A stretch of DNA of 63,695 nucleotides, counting the filler, from Reclinomonas americana ATCC 50394 (Eukaryota): assembly GCA_048213135.1 (NCBI GenBank). It is 6 parts of 3 records of this genome, joined end to end, with 100 filler letters (N's around TTAATTAATTAA, not from the genome) between each part and the next. Parts side by side here need not be neighbours in the genome. Positions count along the whole stretch, not along the records: positions 1 to 13,474 come from PS015089.1; positions 13,575 to 30,316 come from PS015090.1; 4 more parts are not named here. One strand, given 5' to 3'. Positions 10,720-22,915 of this stretch are shown one piece after another. The notes under the pieces are model-generated. The model was not told the origin of the DNA. It did no database searches and worked only from the letters and a program-made list of their open reading frames with translations. Position numbers and translations under genes: made by a program. Each line of letters opens with the position of its first letter. Positions within the stretch are counted from its first letter, which is position 1.

Positions 10720-13474
10720 ACCAGTGGCGACATGACACGAGTCGAGGACCACGAAGGCGTCACTGCCAGCGTGTCGCCAGTCGCACTCGACACTCTGCCC
10801 GGCGACGACACCAGCCGGAACTTTGATGGCCGACTGCCGAGTGCGTCCACGCCAACACCAGCAATGGACGGCGACAGGCGCAAATGAGCTGGCGGCGGCA
10901 CCTCGAGTCGCAGAGGACGCGAGGGCGCAGCCGATGCACTTGTAGGATGCAATTGCTGCGACTCTTGGTGCTGATGGTGATGGTGGTGGTGATGTTGGTG
11001 ATGATGATCGTGCTGCTGCTGTTCGGCAGCGGCGGCCGCATGGAACACCGAGAGCACGTGCTGCGGCGAAAGCGAGCCAGCACGCAACTGTCGCCTCTGC
11101 TCCATCGGCGACTTTGGCGGTGTCGGCGGTGGCGACAGATGTGGCGAGTGGCGCGGTGACACCAGGGGCGAAACCGCCGACCTCGCAACAAGCGAGTCCA
11201 TGTCACCCGGCTGCGGCGTGTGCCGCCGTGCCACAGGCACTGCCACACTCAGTGAGCGCTGAGGAGGAGAGGCAGTCGGGGCCACCGGCAGCGCCGCCGA
11301 GTGCGCGCGAGAGTGACCAGTGACACTGGCCGCTCGCGTGCGCGTCCGTGGCGAATCCACCAGTGGTGGGGTGAATGCGGTGGATCTCCCACCACGAGAT
11401 GTGGCTGTAGGCACGGAAAGTGGCATCGGAACACCACCAGTTCGTTTCAAAGCTGCACATGCACGCAGGTGAGTGACAAGGCAGAGAAAAACAAAGAGAT
11501 GAGGAAGCGATGTGTGGGTGCATACCTCGATTGAGCAGTGAGTCAAAGACGCCAAGTCCGCGCGCCTCAGCCAGGCGACAGCAAAAGTCGAGTGCCCGCA
11601 CCGACACGCCGTCTGTGGGTCGCGGACGAGGCGACCACACCGCCAAACCCATCACGCCGGGGACGACCATGATGACGGCGCCATTGCGCGACGCTTTGGT
11701 CGGCACGCCCACCTGCACGCACCACGAGCCGCGCGTATTACCAGCACCGCAATGCAGCATCATGTGCGACACACGCTTCACGGCATCAGCGTCATACACT
11801 CGTCTGTCGGAGCGCGCAACACCGTGAGCCACCAAAACAAGGCTGTGAAGAGCAAAAGAAAGAGACAAACTGACCTTCCTGTAAGCGGTGAAACACCACC
11901 GGCGGCCAGCGTTCCCGCCATGCAGGCTAGTCTCCCGCAGTTCACCGGCACCGTGTTCTGCATGGCCTGCAGCTCCAAGGTCGCGGAGACATCGGTGGCC
12001 CACTGCGGGAACACTTGGTGATCGAGCTGCAAGGAAACAGCAGCGTGAGTCGACGATCAAAAGAGAGAAGGGTGGTAAAAGGGCAAGGGATTACACACCA
12101 AATAGTGCGCGACACTGGCCTCGTGATCAAAATGCGAGCGCAGCATTTGGCGCGCCGCGGTCTCGGCCGGCACAAATGGCCGACCATCGCCAGCGCACTG
12201 CTTGAGTGACTCGAGCAGTGAGGCGAACCGCTGTGGCACTGTGGCGGGCGCCTCGGCAGTGTTGCCCGCCAACGAAGTGACCACCAGCGATCCGGCACCC
12301 GTAAACGGGTTGAAAGGCTTGCCCTGACGGTCAAGCACAAAATCGTTGCGTGTCGGGTCCGCCTCCACGCCAATGTGCGCATGCACACCTCGCACGCCAT
12401 GCTGCGACAGCGCCGAAGCGTATGCGAACACCGACGCCAGTCCGCCCAACGGGAACTCCTGCTGTGCGCCGCCGCCGACCGTAAATCGCTGGCCGTCGAC
12501 CGTGCACACCGACACCACTGCGAGAGGGGAGAAAAGGGGGGAAAGGCGTTAGAGAGGGTGTCGTTACATCTGGGCTGCTGCTACTGACTTGTTAATTGCA
12601 GCTGCAGAAGTTACCTGTCCGCAGCGAACTCACGAGTCTCTGTGCTGCTAGCTGTTACTGACTGCACAAGTTACCTGCTCTCCGTCGCTCACTGGCGTCT
12701 CGCTCTCATGGTACGAGTCTCAGCGCTGCTGTGTTGCTGTTACAGACTCACAAAACTGCACCATTACCAGAACTCACAACTCTCTGTGCTGCATACACAC
12801 ACATACTGCGTTCATCCTTCACCAAAGGAAGCACCACTCACCCAACGGCACCTCCGGCCCGCCGTCGACATCGTCGCTGGGGCTGAAGAGGGTGCGAATG
12901 GTGGAGGAGCCAGTGGGTGCCGCCTTGCGGCGCGTCTGTTCGTGCAGGTCGCTGACAAGCCGGCAGAATCCGGTCCAATCGGGAACGGCCAGCGAGCCGG
13001 AGAGAGCACGCGACACGACATTGTCGGAACTGGTGCGCAGCACTTGCCCCAAAAACTGGGAGAAACTGAGTCGCGAGAATGTCGTGTGCGAGTGCACCGA
13101 CGGAGGCGTCGGTGTGCGCGTCAGCGGCGCCCGTCCCGAGGACTCGCCGCCAGTGGATCCAGAAGCAGCTGCTGCCGCCGCCGCTGCTGCTGCTGCCATG
13201 GGAGGAGAGCCGGAGCCCTTTTCCGCAAACCACTCCTGCAACTGCGTCGCCACGTGCCGCAACTCGCGCCACTGCAGACCGCACGACTGCTGCAAAAATG
13301 TCTGCAGGGCAGACACACTTAGCCGTGGGTCGGTGGCGCCGTGGCCGGAAGGGGTCGTTGATGTTGTGGTGGTGGAGGACGCGGAGGAGGAGGAGGAGGG
13401 GGGCACGCCGCCGCCGCGATGCATGGATTGTTGAGACCACGAGAGTGGTAGTGCTGCACTGCGACCTGAGATAT
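9615..13474 (-). CDS. Glutaminase-like protein (eukaryotic GLS-type domain, catalytic residues absent) with long low-complexity C-terminus; 5' end runs into gap
   Basis: SRALSGSLAVPDWTGFCRLVSDLHEQTR; VSVCTVDGQRFTVG...FPLGGLASVFAYASALSQHG...VHAHIGVE...KPFNPFTGAGSL; LACMAGTLAAGGVSPLTG; MMLHCGAGNTRGSWCVQVGVPTKASRNGAVIMVVPGVMGLAVWSP. These blocks are collinear with known glutaminases. Confidence 0.8.
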
Positions 13475-13518
13475 NNNNNNNNNNNNNNNNNNNNNNNNNN
13501 NNNNNNNNNNNNNNNNNN

Positions 13519-13530
13519 TTAATTAATTAA
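13519..13530. other. Artificial scaffold linker TTAATTAATTAA (also at 30361, 36867, 42452, 61448)
   Basis: Identical 12-mer with stops in all six frames, centred in ~100-nt N blocks. Confidence 0.97.
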
Positions 13531-13574
13531 NNNNNNNNNNNNNNNNNNNNNNNNNNNNNNNNNNNNNNNNNNNN

Positions 13575-16249
13575 GAGCGGCGACGCGCGCAGAAGCAGCG
13601 GCCGTGACAATGGGCGTCGAATGGGACGAGGACGAGGGCGCGGCGCTGGCCACGTTGACGGCACGCGAGCCCGCGCGTGGAGCTACAATGACGACGGGAG
13701 AGGGTGCTGCGCTGGGAGGCTGGTGGTGACGCTGCTGATGTTGTTGTTGGTGCTGGTGCTGGTGGTGTTCGTGTGGAGAAGGGCCGAGGACAATGGATCG
13801 TGGAGCGGTGGATGACTGTGCGAGGGGAGGGAGGGAGGGAGGGCGAGAAAGAAAGAGTGAGAGAGGGCAACAGGAGATACAACACCCCCGCACCGTCGAC
13901 CCATCTGATTGCTGAGAGAAGGAAAGAGGAGCGAGTAACGAGCGCGCTCTCTCTCACACACACACAAGAGAGAGATACACACGACATGCAACACCCTGCA
14001 CTGTCGACTTGTCGGATCGCTGGGAGACAGAGAGAGGAGCGAGAAACGACTGCAACACACGAACTTGCACACAGGGAGAGATGCAACTCCTCCGCATTGT
14101 TGCCACGTCATGTTGCTGAGATACGGGGAAAGGAGCGAGCAACGAGTGCAACACACACGCCTGCAACACAGGGAAAGAACCACACACGATGCAACCCGTG
14201 CTGCCGACACGTCAGATGGCCGAGAGAAACAAGTGCAACACACACCTACACAGAAACACACGAGACTCAACACCCAAGCACAGTCGGCACGTCAGATTGG
14301 TGTGAGATAGATAGAGGAACGAGACCAGGGAGAGATATAGATGCAACACTCCAGCACCATCGACACTCTCGCGCTCTCTTACATACAGTCACACACCCAG
14401 AGGAGAAAAATATACAACATACGCAACGCCCCCTTGGCATATGAGAAAGAAAACGACAAACAAGCGCTAGACACGGTCTCTCTCTCTCTCCCCTCTCCCT
14501 TTCTCCCCCCTTGCGCAACTGCCACACTCGGCTGCATCAACGGATTGCTGTTCTCGCGTTGCTGCGAGCGCTCCTCCAGCCGCTGCTGCCATCTCAAATC
14601 ACGATCCGACAACTCACTCGATCCCTCCCCCCGCACGCGCACCGCACGCGGCCCCCCCTGTGACTCCACTGGTCGTGGAGCGCGCTCCCCTCGCAGACCA
14701 CGCCGTACACGCTCCTCGTCCTCGTCGTACGACGCGGGAGTGGATGGTACGGAGCCGGAGCCACTGGCCGCACGCTGCATCTCTCGCTCCCGTCGAATGG
14801 CGGCCTCGTAGGCGGCGGTGCGTGCCGATGCACGTGCCGAGGTGCCGCCACCGCCACCACCATTCCCCTCATCGTGTGCATGCCCACGCACACGCACACG
14901 TACCACACCACCATCTCCATCGCCCGGTTCCGGTGTGCTCATCACTGGCGCAGGCGACGCGGCAGCGGGGGGCGGCACGGCGCGCGTTGGCGCGTCGTAT
15001 TCTCTTCTCGCATCGCGCTCTCGCTCCCGTTCACGTTCACGCTCTCGCGGTTGCTGCTCGTCAGCGGCCGCACTGCTGTCGTCAGATGACGCCGCCGCGG
15101 AGCTCATTTCTCGTCTGTGATTGGAAAAAGATGTTGAACAGGCAGACGCATTCCATCATGTGGCATCCACACGCGACGCACCTCAAGTAGTCCATCAGTT
15201 GGTGAATGCTCGGTCGCTTCCTGAAATCCTTCTGCAACGTCGCCTCCACCACGTACCGCAACGTCTTCGAGTACGAGTGCGGCAGCGGCTTGTACTCGGC
15301 CTTGCGGATCTGCTTAATGAGCTCGGCCAACGACCGCGCATCAAAAGGAGCCTCCAGCGCCGCCAGCTGCGCACGCCGTCAACAATACAACAACAGAAAG
15401 CCATCCCTTCTTCCCCTCCTACGCACCTCGTAGAGAATCACTCCGAGCGCCCAAATATCGGTCTTGTTGTTGTACGGGCGATTCTCCACCAGCTCGGGTG
15501 ACATGTACAGCGGCGTGCCACACGAGTACGTGGCCACCAGCATCGTCTGCTCGCTCGTCTCGCGCCCAATGCCCAAATCACCGACCTTGACCGTGGGATC
15601 CGACGCGGAGCCGTGCAGAAACACATTCAGTGTCTTCAGGTCGCGATGAATGACGTCGTGTTCGTGAATGTGCAGCAGGCCTTCGCAGATGGGCAGGAAG
15701 AGGTGCCAGATCTCTTCCTCGGTGAACGGACTGCGTGCGGAATGAGAAAACACAGGGAAAGGGGTGGTGGAGGACAAAGCTCGCAACTTGCGCTTGCTCC
15801 TCCTGTCGTTGATCAAGTCGAACAAGTCGCCTCGATCGCAAAACTCCAGCACAATGTACAGAGAGCCGCCGGGTCGGTCCCAAAAGTACCCTGCGGAAGG
15901 GGCGAGCAGAGAGAGGGAGCGGAGAAGGGGACAAAAAGAAGGAGGGGCAGAAGGGAGAGAGAGAAAGAGACAGGAGGCGAATGGTGAGAGAACACAACTC
16001 ACACGCAGCGATGTAGTTGTCTGTCTCAGTCGCTGCGATTGGACTGATCCTGCTTCGCACTCACTCTCTCTCTCTCNNNNNNNNNNNNNNNNNNNNNNNN
16101 NNNNNNNNNNNNNNNNNNNNNNNNNNNNNNNNNNNNNNNNNNNNNNNNNNNNNNACCTAACCGACCGACGACGGACGTGTTAGTTTAGGTTTCGTTCGTT
16201 CGTTCGTCGTACGTCGTCGTCGCGTGTACGTCGTAGTCTCGTCTCGTCC

Positions 16250-16302
<53 letters not shown>

Positions 16303-17316
16303 TCTGTCCCAATTTCTCAGCCTCCCGCCTCCCTTCTTCCTTCCGCCTCAATGGCGACGGAGCAGGAGGAGCGCAAGGATGAAGGGAACAAGGAGGAGGA
16401 GACTGGAGGAGACCACTGCCTCCTGCCCAGGGAGAAGAAAGATGGGAGAAGAAAGAGAGGAAGACAGTAGGAACCTGCTTTCCTTCAGTCTCCTCATCCT
16501 CGCTCCCATCTACAGTCTCGCTTCTCCTTCATGCAGTCTCCTTTCACCTCCCTTCCAAGCAAGGCCCAAGAACGAGAGATATAGGGAGAACGAGGGAGGA
16601 AAGAGAGAGTGAGCAAGGACGTGAAGCAGAAAGAAGACTGAGAGAAAGGATAGGGAGATGAGAGAAGAGTCTGCTCATCCTCTCGCTCTCTTCAACTCCT
16701 TTCCCTCGCTCCCCCTGTTCTTGTTCTTCTCCTCCTCCTCGTCAACCACGTGCCTCTTCCGCCTCCTGTCTCCTTCTTCCTCTCCTCCTCTTCCTCATCC
16801 TCTTCCTGTCCCTTTCTCCTTCTCCTCATTCTTGTTCTTGTTCTTGTTCTCCTTCCCCCTTCTTTCCCCTTCCCCCTTCCCTCTCTCTCTCTCCTCTCCC
16901 CTCCCCTTCACCCTCCCTGTCTCACCATAACACTTCACCACATTCGGGTGATTGAACTTGGTCAACAAATTGACCTCATGCAGCACACTCTTCGAGTGAC
17001 CAAGCTCAGAGAAGCGCTTCTCCTTCAAAACCTACACACAAACACACGAAAAAACAGACAACTTAAACTCACAAAAAAATCTCACACTCTCTCTCTCTCA
17101 CACAAACCACTAAATCGCCTGATCGCCTATGCCTCGCCTGAAACACAGCACCACTTGAACTCCGCGTGAGCTCCTTTAACACCTTTTTTTTTCACTTTGG
17201 TCAGTGACAGTGACAAAAACAACCGTTTTTTTCGCCTTTCTCACCTGAAAGTCTGAGAGTGAGTAGCCTGTCTCCACGTGGCTGCTGCTGCCACTGGCAC
17301 CACTGGCCACACTCAT
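13575..17316 (-). CDS. NEK (NIMA-related) Ser/Thr protein kinase with disordered C-terminal tail; 3' end runs into gap
   Basis: YSLSDFQ|VLKEL; VLKEK...HEVNLLTKFNHPNVVKCY; LYIVLEFCDRGDL; HRDLKTLNVFL; KVGDLGIGR; GTPLYMSPELVENRPYNNKTDIWALGVILYE; KRPSIHQL. Confidence 0.9.
13870..14370. repeat. Degenerate interspersed repeat within a NEK intron
   Basis: Motif gagat...caacac(c/t)c..gcac..tcg(a/g)c recurs at about 13873, 13969, 14261 and 14330, with additional tgcaacac cores between. Confidence 0.55.
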
Positions 17317-17831
17317 TTTTGTGTGTGCAGTTGAATGAAAGTGGATGGATGGCCGATCGACGGACATACTGTATTGTTGTCGGTGAGTGGAGCAGATGCA
17401 ACGCGCGCTCTCTTCTCTTTTCTTTCTCTTTCACTCTGTGAGTCGCGTGTGCCATGACTGCGTGTCGGATTCCTGCTCGCATGTGCATGTTCCGTGTTTT
17501 TGTCTACTTTTTTCGCACCTCTCTCTTTGCTCTCGCTCTCTCTCTCTCTGCTGTGCTCGTGCGTTGTGTCTGTGTCTGTTTCTTGATGTGTGTGTGCGTA
17601 TCCTCCTTGCTGCGTTTGTTGGGGAGCAAGTGACCGACATGTTGCTCGGAAATGCTCGACAATGACCCCCTGCGGTCTCCTTGTGACCGCATCTTTCTTC
17701 TTCTCGCACTCTTGTGCTCCTGTACATGGTGGTGAGAAGGAGCATGTGATGTGCTCATGTCACTCTTTTTCTTTTTCTTTGAGTGCATTTGTTCCGCGGA
17801 ACAGCGCTCTTCTCTCTTCCTACCTCTCTCT

Positions 17832-17892
<61 letters not shown>

Positions 17893-18915
17893 NNNNNNNN
17901 NNNNNNNNNNNNNNNNNNNNNNNNNNNNNNNNNNNNNNNNNNNNNNNNNNNNNNNNNNNNNNNNNNNNNNNNNNNNNNNNNNNNNNNNNNNNNNNNNNNN
18001 NNNNNNNNNNNNNNNNNNNNNNNNNNNNNNNNNNNNNNNNNNNNNNNNNNNNNNNNNNNNNNNNNNNNNNNNNNNNNNNNNNNNNNNNNNNNNNNNNNNN
18101 NNNNNNNNNNNNNNNNNNNNNNNNNNNNNNNNNNNNNNNNNNNNNNNNNNNNNNNNNNNNNNNNNNNNNNNNNNNNNNNNNNNNNNNNNNNNNNNNNNNN
18201 NNNNNNNNNNNNNNNNNNNNNNNNNNNNNNNNNNNNNNNNNNNNNNNNNNNNNNNNNNNNNNNNNNNNNNNNNNNNNNNNNNNNNNNNNNNNNNNNNNNN
18301 NNNNNNNNNNNNNNNNNNNNNNNNNNNNNNNNNNNNNNNNNNNNNNNNNNNNNNNNNNNNNNNNNNNNNNNNNNNNNNNNNNNNNNNNNNNNNNNNNNNN
18401 NNNNNNNNNNNNNNNNNNNNNNNNNNNNNNNNNNNNNNNNNNNNNNNNNNNNNNNNNNNNNNNNNNNNNNNNNNNNNNNNNNNNNNNNNNNNNNNNNNNN
18501 NNNNNNNNNNNNNNNNNNNNNNNNNNNNNNNNNNNNNNNNNNNNNNNNNNNNNNNNNNNNNNNNNNNNNNNNNNNNNNNNNNNNNNNNNNNNNNNNNNNN
18601 NNNNNNNNNNNNNNNNNNNNNNNNNNNNNNNNNNNNNNNNNNNNNNNNNNNNNNNNNNNNNNNNNNNNNNNNNNNNNNNNNNNNNNNNNNNNNNNNNNNN
18701 NNNNNNNNNNNNNNNNNNNNNNNNNNNNNNNNNNNNNNNNNNNNNNNNNNNNNNNNNNNNNNNNNNNNNNNNNNNNNNNNNNNNNNNNNNNNNNNNNNNN
18801 NNNNNNNNNNNNNNNNNNNNNNNNNNNNNNNNNNNNNNNNNNNNNNNNNNNNNNNNCCCTTCCTCCCTTCCCCTTTGCCCCCTTCCCCTCTCTCACCCTT
18901 CTCTGTTTTGCAGCA

Positions 18916-20208
18916 ATGCGTTTCGCTCTCGTTCTCGCTGTGCTGGCGGTGATTGTCGGTGTGGTGTCGGCCAATGCCTTCCACAAGTACGCCGTCCACC
19001 AGGACCTGATCAACACGGTCAACTCGTCGGGCAAGGGCTGGAAGGCCGCCCACAACAGTTCCGCTCATTTGCACGTTTTTGCATGTTTTTCCGTACCATT
19101 TTGTAACCGCTCTCTCTCTCTCCTCTTCCACCACCAGAGTTCAGCTTCTGGACTGTGGAGGAGGCCAAGGCTCTGCTGCGCACGGAGGTGCTCCCGCACA
19201 ACCCGAATGCACCGGTGGCTGTGGAGGAGGCTCGCGTCGGCGATGTGCCCGACACCTTTGATGCTCGCACCAAGTGGGCTGGCTGCAAGACCATTGGTTT
19301 GTCAAATCTGCAGAATTGCTCGCTTTTCATTCTGCACTGGCTCATCTATATCCCGTGTGCAGGCACCGTCCGCGATCAGATGCAGTGCGGTAGCTGCTGG
19401 GCGTTCGCCGCCGGTGAGTGCTTGCGCCAATCCACCTCTTTTGTTGTTTCTCCATCTCACCGTTGCGTGATTTGCAGCTGAGACTGCCTCGGACCGCTTC
19501 TGCATTGCCAACGACGGCGCCAGCGACGCTGAGATGTCGCCGCAGTACCTGGTGAGCTGCGACACTGGCAACGCCGGCTGCAACGGTGGCAACCTCGACC
19601 TGGTGTGGTCGTGGATCACCCACCACGGCATTGTGTCTGTTGCGTCTGCCCGTTTTGTTCTGTTGTTGTTGCGCTTGTGCATTCCTCGCGCTCATCGCGC
19701 ATTGTGTAGGACGACTGCATGCCCTACACCTCGGGTGGTGGCGACTCTGGCGTCTGCCCGTCCCAGTGCAAGGACGGCTCGGCCTTCCGCTTTGTCAAGT
19801 CCAAGAGCTACAAGCATGTGGGCGGCTTCCTCTCTCTGCACCGCGTGCAGGACATCCAGGAGGAGATCATCGCCAACGGCCCGGTGGAGACTGGCTTCTC
19901 GGTCTACCAGGACTTCATGTCGTACAGCTCGGGTGTGTACGAGCACACCACTGGCGACCTGCTCGGCGGCCACGCCGTCAAGATCCTCGGCTGGGGCAAC
20001 GAGAACGGCAAGGACTACTGGCTCGTCGCCAACTCGTGGGGCACCAGCTGGGGCCTCAACGGCTTCTTCAAGATCAAGGTGTGTCTCACAAAACCATCAA
20101 TTTGAATTCTGTCGTGTCTCTCACCAATGTGCCGTTTTCATTCCCCTCGCGCAGCGCGGTGGCAACGAGTGCGGCTTCGAGGCCCAGGTCTACGCTGGCG
20201 ACTTCTAA
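18916..20208 (+). CDS. Cathepsin B-like cysteine protease (papain family C1A) with signal peptide
   Basis: Hydrophobic N-terminus MRFALVLAVLAVIVGVVSA; VPDTFDARTKW; RDQMQCGSCWAF (catalytic Cys); GCNGG; GGHAVKILGWG (His); YWLVANSWG (Asn); RGGNECGFE. Five GT-AG introns and strong C/G third-position bias. Confidence 0.95.
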
Positions 20209-20348
20209 GCGCCTCGCTCGCTCCTTGAATCGTATTTTGAAACCTCTTCGATGTCGCAATCCGCGGCGTTGTTGTCGTCGTTGTTGATGATGATGATGCA
20301 GTGAACGACTGTCGTGAGTGATGCTGCGCTCTTGTCTTTCGTCCGCTA

Positions 20349-22883
20349 TCACTTTCCGTGCTTTGGCAACACCACCAGCACGTGCAGCCGCAAGATGGAG
20401 CACGCCGCTTCGGTGGCCATGCGCAGTTGTAGCTGCTTGCTGCAGAGTGGCTCCACGATGCCGCGTTCGCGCACATCTGTGATCTGTCGTGCCACGCCAT
20501 CCACGCCGAGCCATACTCTCTCCGATTCCGTCGTCTCGTAGTGCGCACGCAGCTGCTCGAGGCACTCGCTCACCTTCATGTCGGCATTGCGTAGCAGCGT
20601 GCGCGTCATGGACGAGAGTGCCTGCCGACCTCGGTGATGAGTATCACGGAAACAGATGCACACATTGGACAGGAAACGCAACATCGGCGTACGCCAGGCC
20701 GCACAGCACTGTCGACGAGTCGGCCTGCGCCAGTGCCCACTCGCGCACTCGAACACTGGCGAGAACCTCGCACGCTCCTCCACCGGGACACACGCGCTGC
20801 GAGGCAAGTGCGTGAGGCACAAGCTTGTGCTTGAGAACATCTCGATCACGGCGACTCAACTGGCGATCGAAAGAGAGTGGAGACGGCGCACGCAGCATCA
20901 TGGAACGCACGCTCCATTTCCTCGGCGCCCACTGTCTCCTGCTCTAGTCAGGGCCCTGAGCCATTGATGAAAAGGGCACGAAACGCACCTCGAGTCGACG
21001 CTTGAAAGACAACCGTAGTGGCTCCCGCGGTCTCCACGACCACCGCGTGCGCATCCTCCTCGTCGGTGTCGGCCTCCAGAACGCGCAAACCGGTCACCTC
21101 AAACACCTTGGAGGTGGCGGCATCGCCGTCCAACTCGTCCGCCGCCACCACCGGTCGTGCGTCGACTGTGCGACACAACTCCTGCAGCACGGGTGAGCGA
21201 ATGTCGATAAGGACGATGAGGGCGCTCACCAACCTGCACTTGTGATCGCGACAGGGGGCCAACGAGCAGGATCTTGGCACGCGCAAACAACGACAAGGCT
21301 GCCTCGGAGACGGGTCGCTGCACGAGACTCTCCTGCACAAACACCGCCGACACATCTGACGAAGGAATTGGGGAGGAGAGTCGTGGCAAAGAGTTGACGT
21401 AGTGTAGCTCGCACGCACCTAGTCGACGGAGCTTGGCAATCAGTGCCATGACATGCTTGCGCTGCTCACGCACCACCCGATCGATCTCGTCCATTGACAG
21501 GGGCGTCGTCGGAGCAGGAGCAGCTGCTCCGCTGCGGAACGACAGTGCGTCGGCCTGTGCCGCGGTGTGAATACTTGAAAGTCTGCAAGAAAAATGCAGA
21601 CGCACGCAACTCGATCAAGTGGCATTTGCAGGACTGCGCACTTGTACGGACCGTCTCGAATCGGTGCGGTGACAGAGAATCGCTGTCGCGCGAAACCAGT
21701 AAGAAAATGAATGAGTGCGTGTATGAAAAGCGCCACGGCGACGCACATGAGCAGTGAGCGGCAGCACGAGACCACGCATCACTTGCGATTCATCCATGCT
21801 CGCGCCAGCACTGCAGCGCACGTGCACATGCATGCGCGACAAATCGCCACCACACTGCCGGCAAGCAGTCACCGCCAGCCTGTGGAGAGGAGAGGTGAGA
21901 TGTGCGAAGAGACTTTAGAGACAGAGAAGCACACGCGACGAGGCCAGGCTGGGCATCGAGTGCGCCGAGATCTTGGACTGCAACGAGAGGCGAGCGCACT
22001 GCCACACACACGGCAGACGCAATAAGCAGCAGGTGGGGATGCAATAGATACACCTCCCCTTCATCGCCCACCTGCAACAATATGTCCTCATCGACCGCAG
22101 GATCGAGCGACGCTGCGAGGCTCTCCACCGCACGGGTGGCCTCCTCACACGCCTGCGCGAACGCACGCACGACCAGCGTCGCATGCACGCCGTCGCGAAT
22201 CAGTGGCGCTGCCGCTGACAGCCTGCCACGAGTGTCACACGCAGGAATACAACTTGAGAATGCACAAGGGAGAAAACGCAACAGCGCGCAAGCCAGCAGC
22301 ACCACCGACGTTGTCCCTGAATACACGTGGTGAGCTACGCGCTCGATCTTTGCCCGTCATTCTCCCACCACAAACCATCGCCCACTTCCCGATCAATCGC
22401 CTGACTCGCCTGCACCAGCAGCCGGGTGGCCGGATGCCGCAGCCGCAACACGCTCAGCGCCGTCGCTCCGTCGTTAGTCACCACGAGATCGCCTGGGAGA
22501 CAGAGCAGTGAATGAAAGGGAGGGAGTGAAGAAGGGAAGGGAGGGACAGGGATGAAGAGGAGGAGGAAGGGAGGAAGGAGCGCGTGCGTGAGAGTGAGGA
22601 TGAGTACGTCTGTGTTTTCTTGTTGAATGAGCAAGAGCAAACTTCGCCTTCGAGCGCAATACTCACTCACCCGCAGCACTGTCACGCTCACACATTCACC
22701 ACGTTCTCCCTCGTCTTCTCTCTTTGTCTGGCTTCCCATTCATGCTCTTGTCTTGTCATTCTCAGTCACTCACAGTTCTCACTCTCTTTCACTTCCTCAT
22801 TCCCTTCCACTCGCACTCGCTCTTCTCTCACTCTCACACGCCAACCTCTGTTATCCCTTCTCTTCTTCTTTGTCATTCACAGC

Positions 22884-22915
<32 letters not shown>

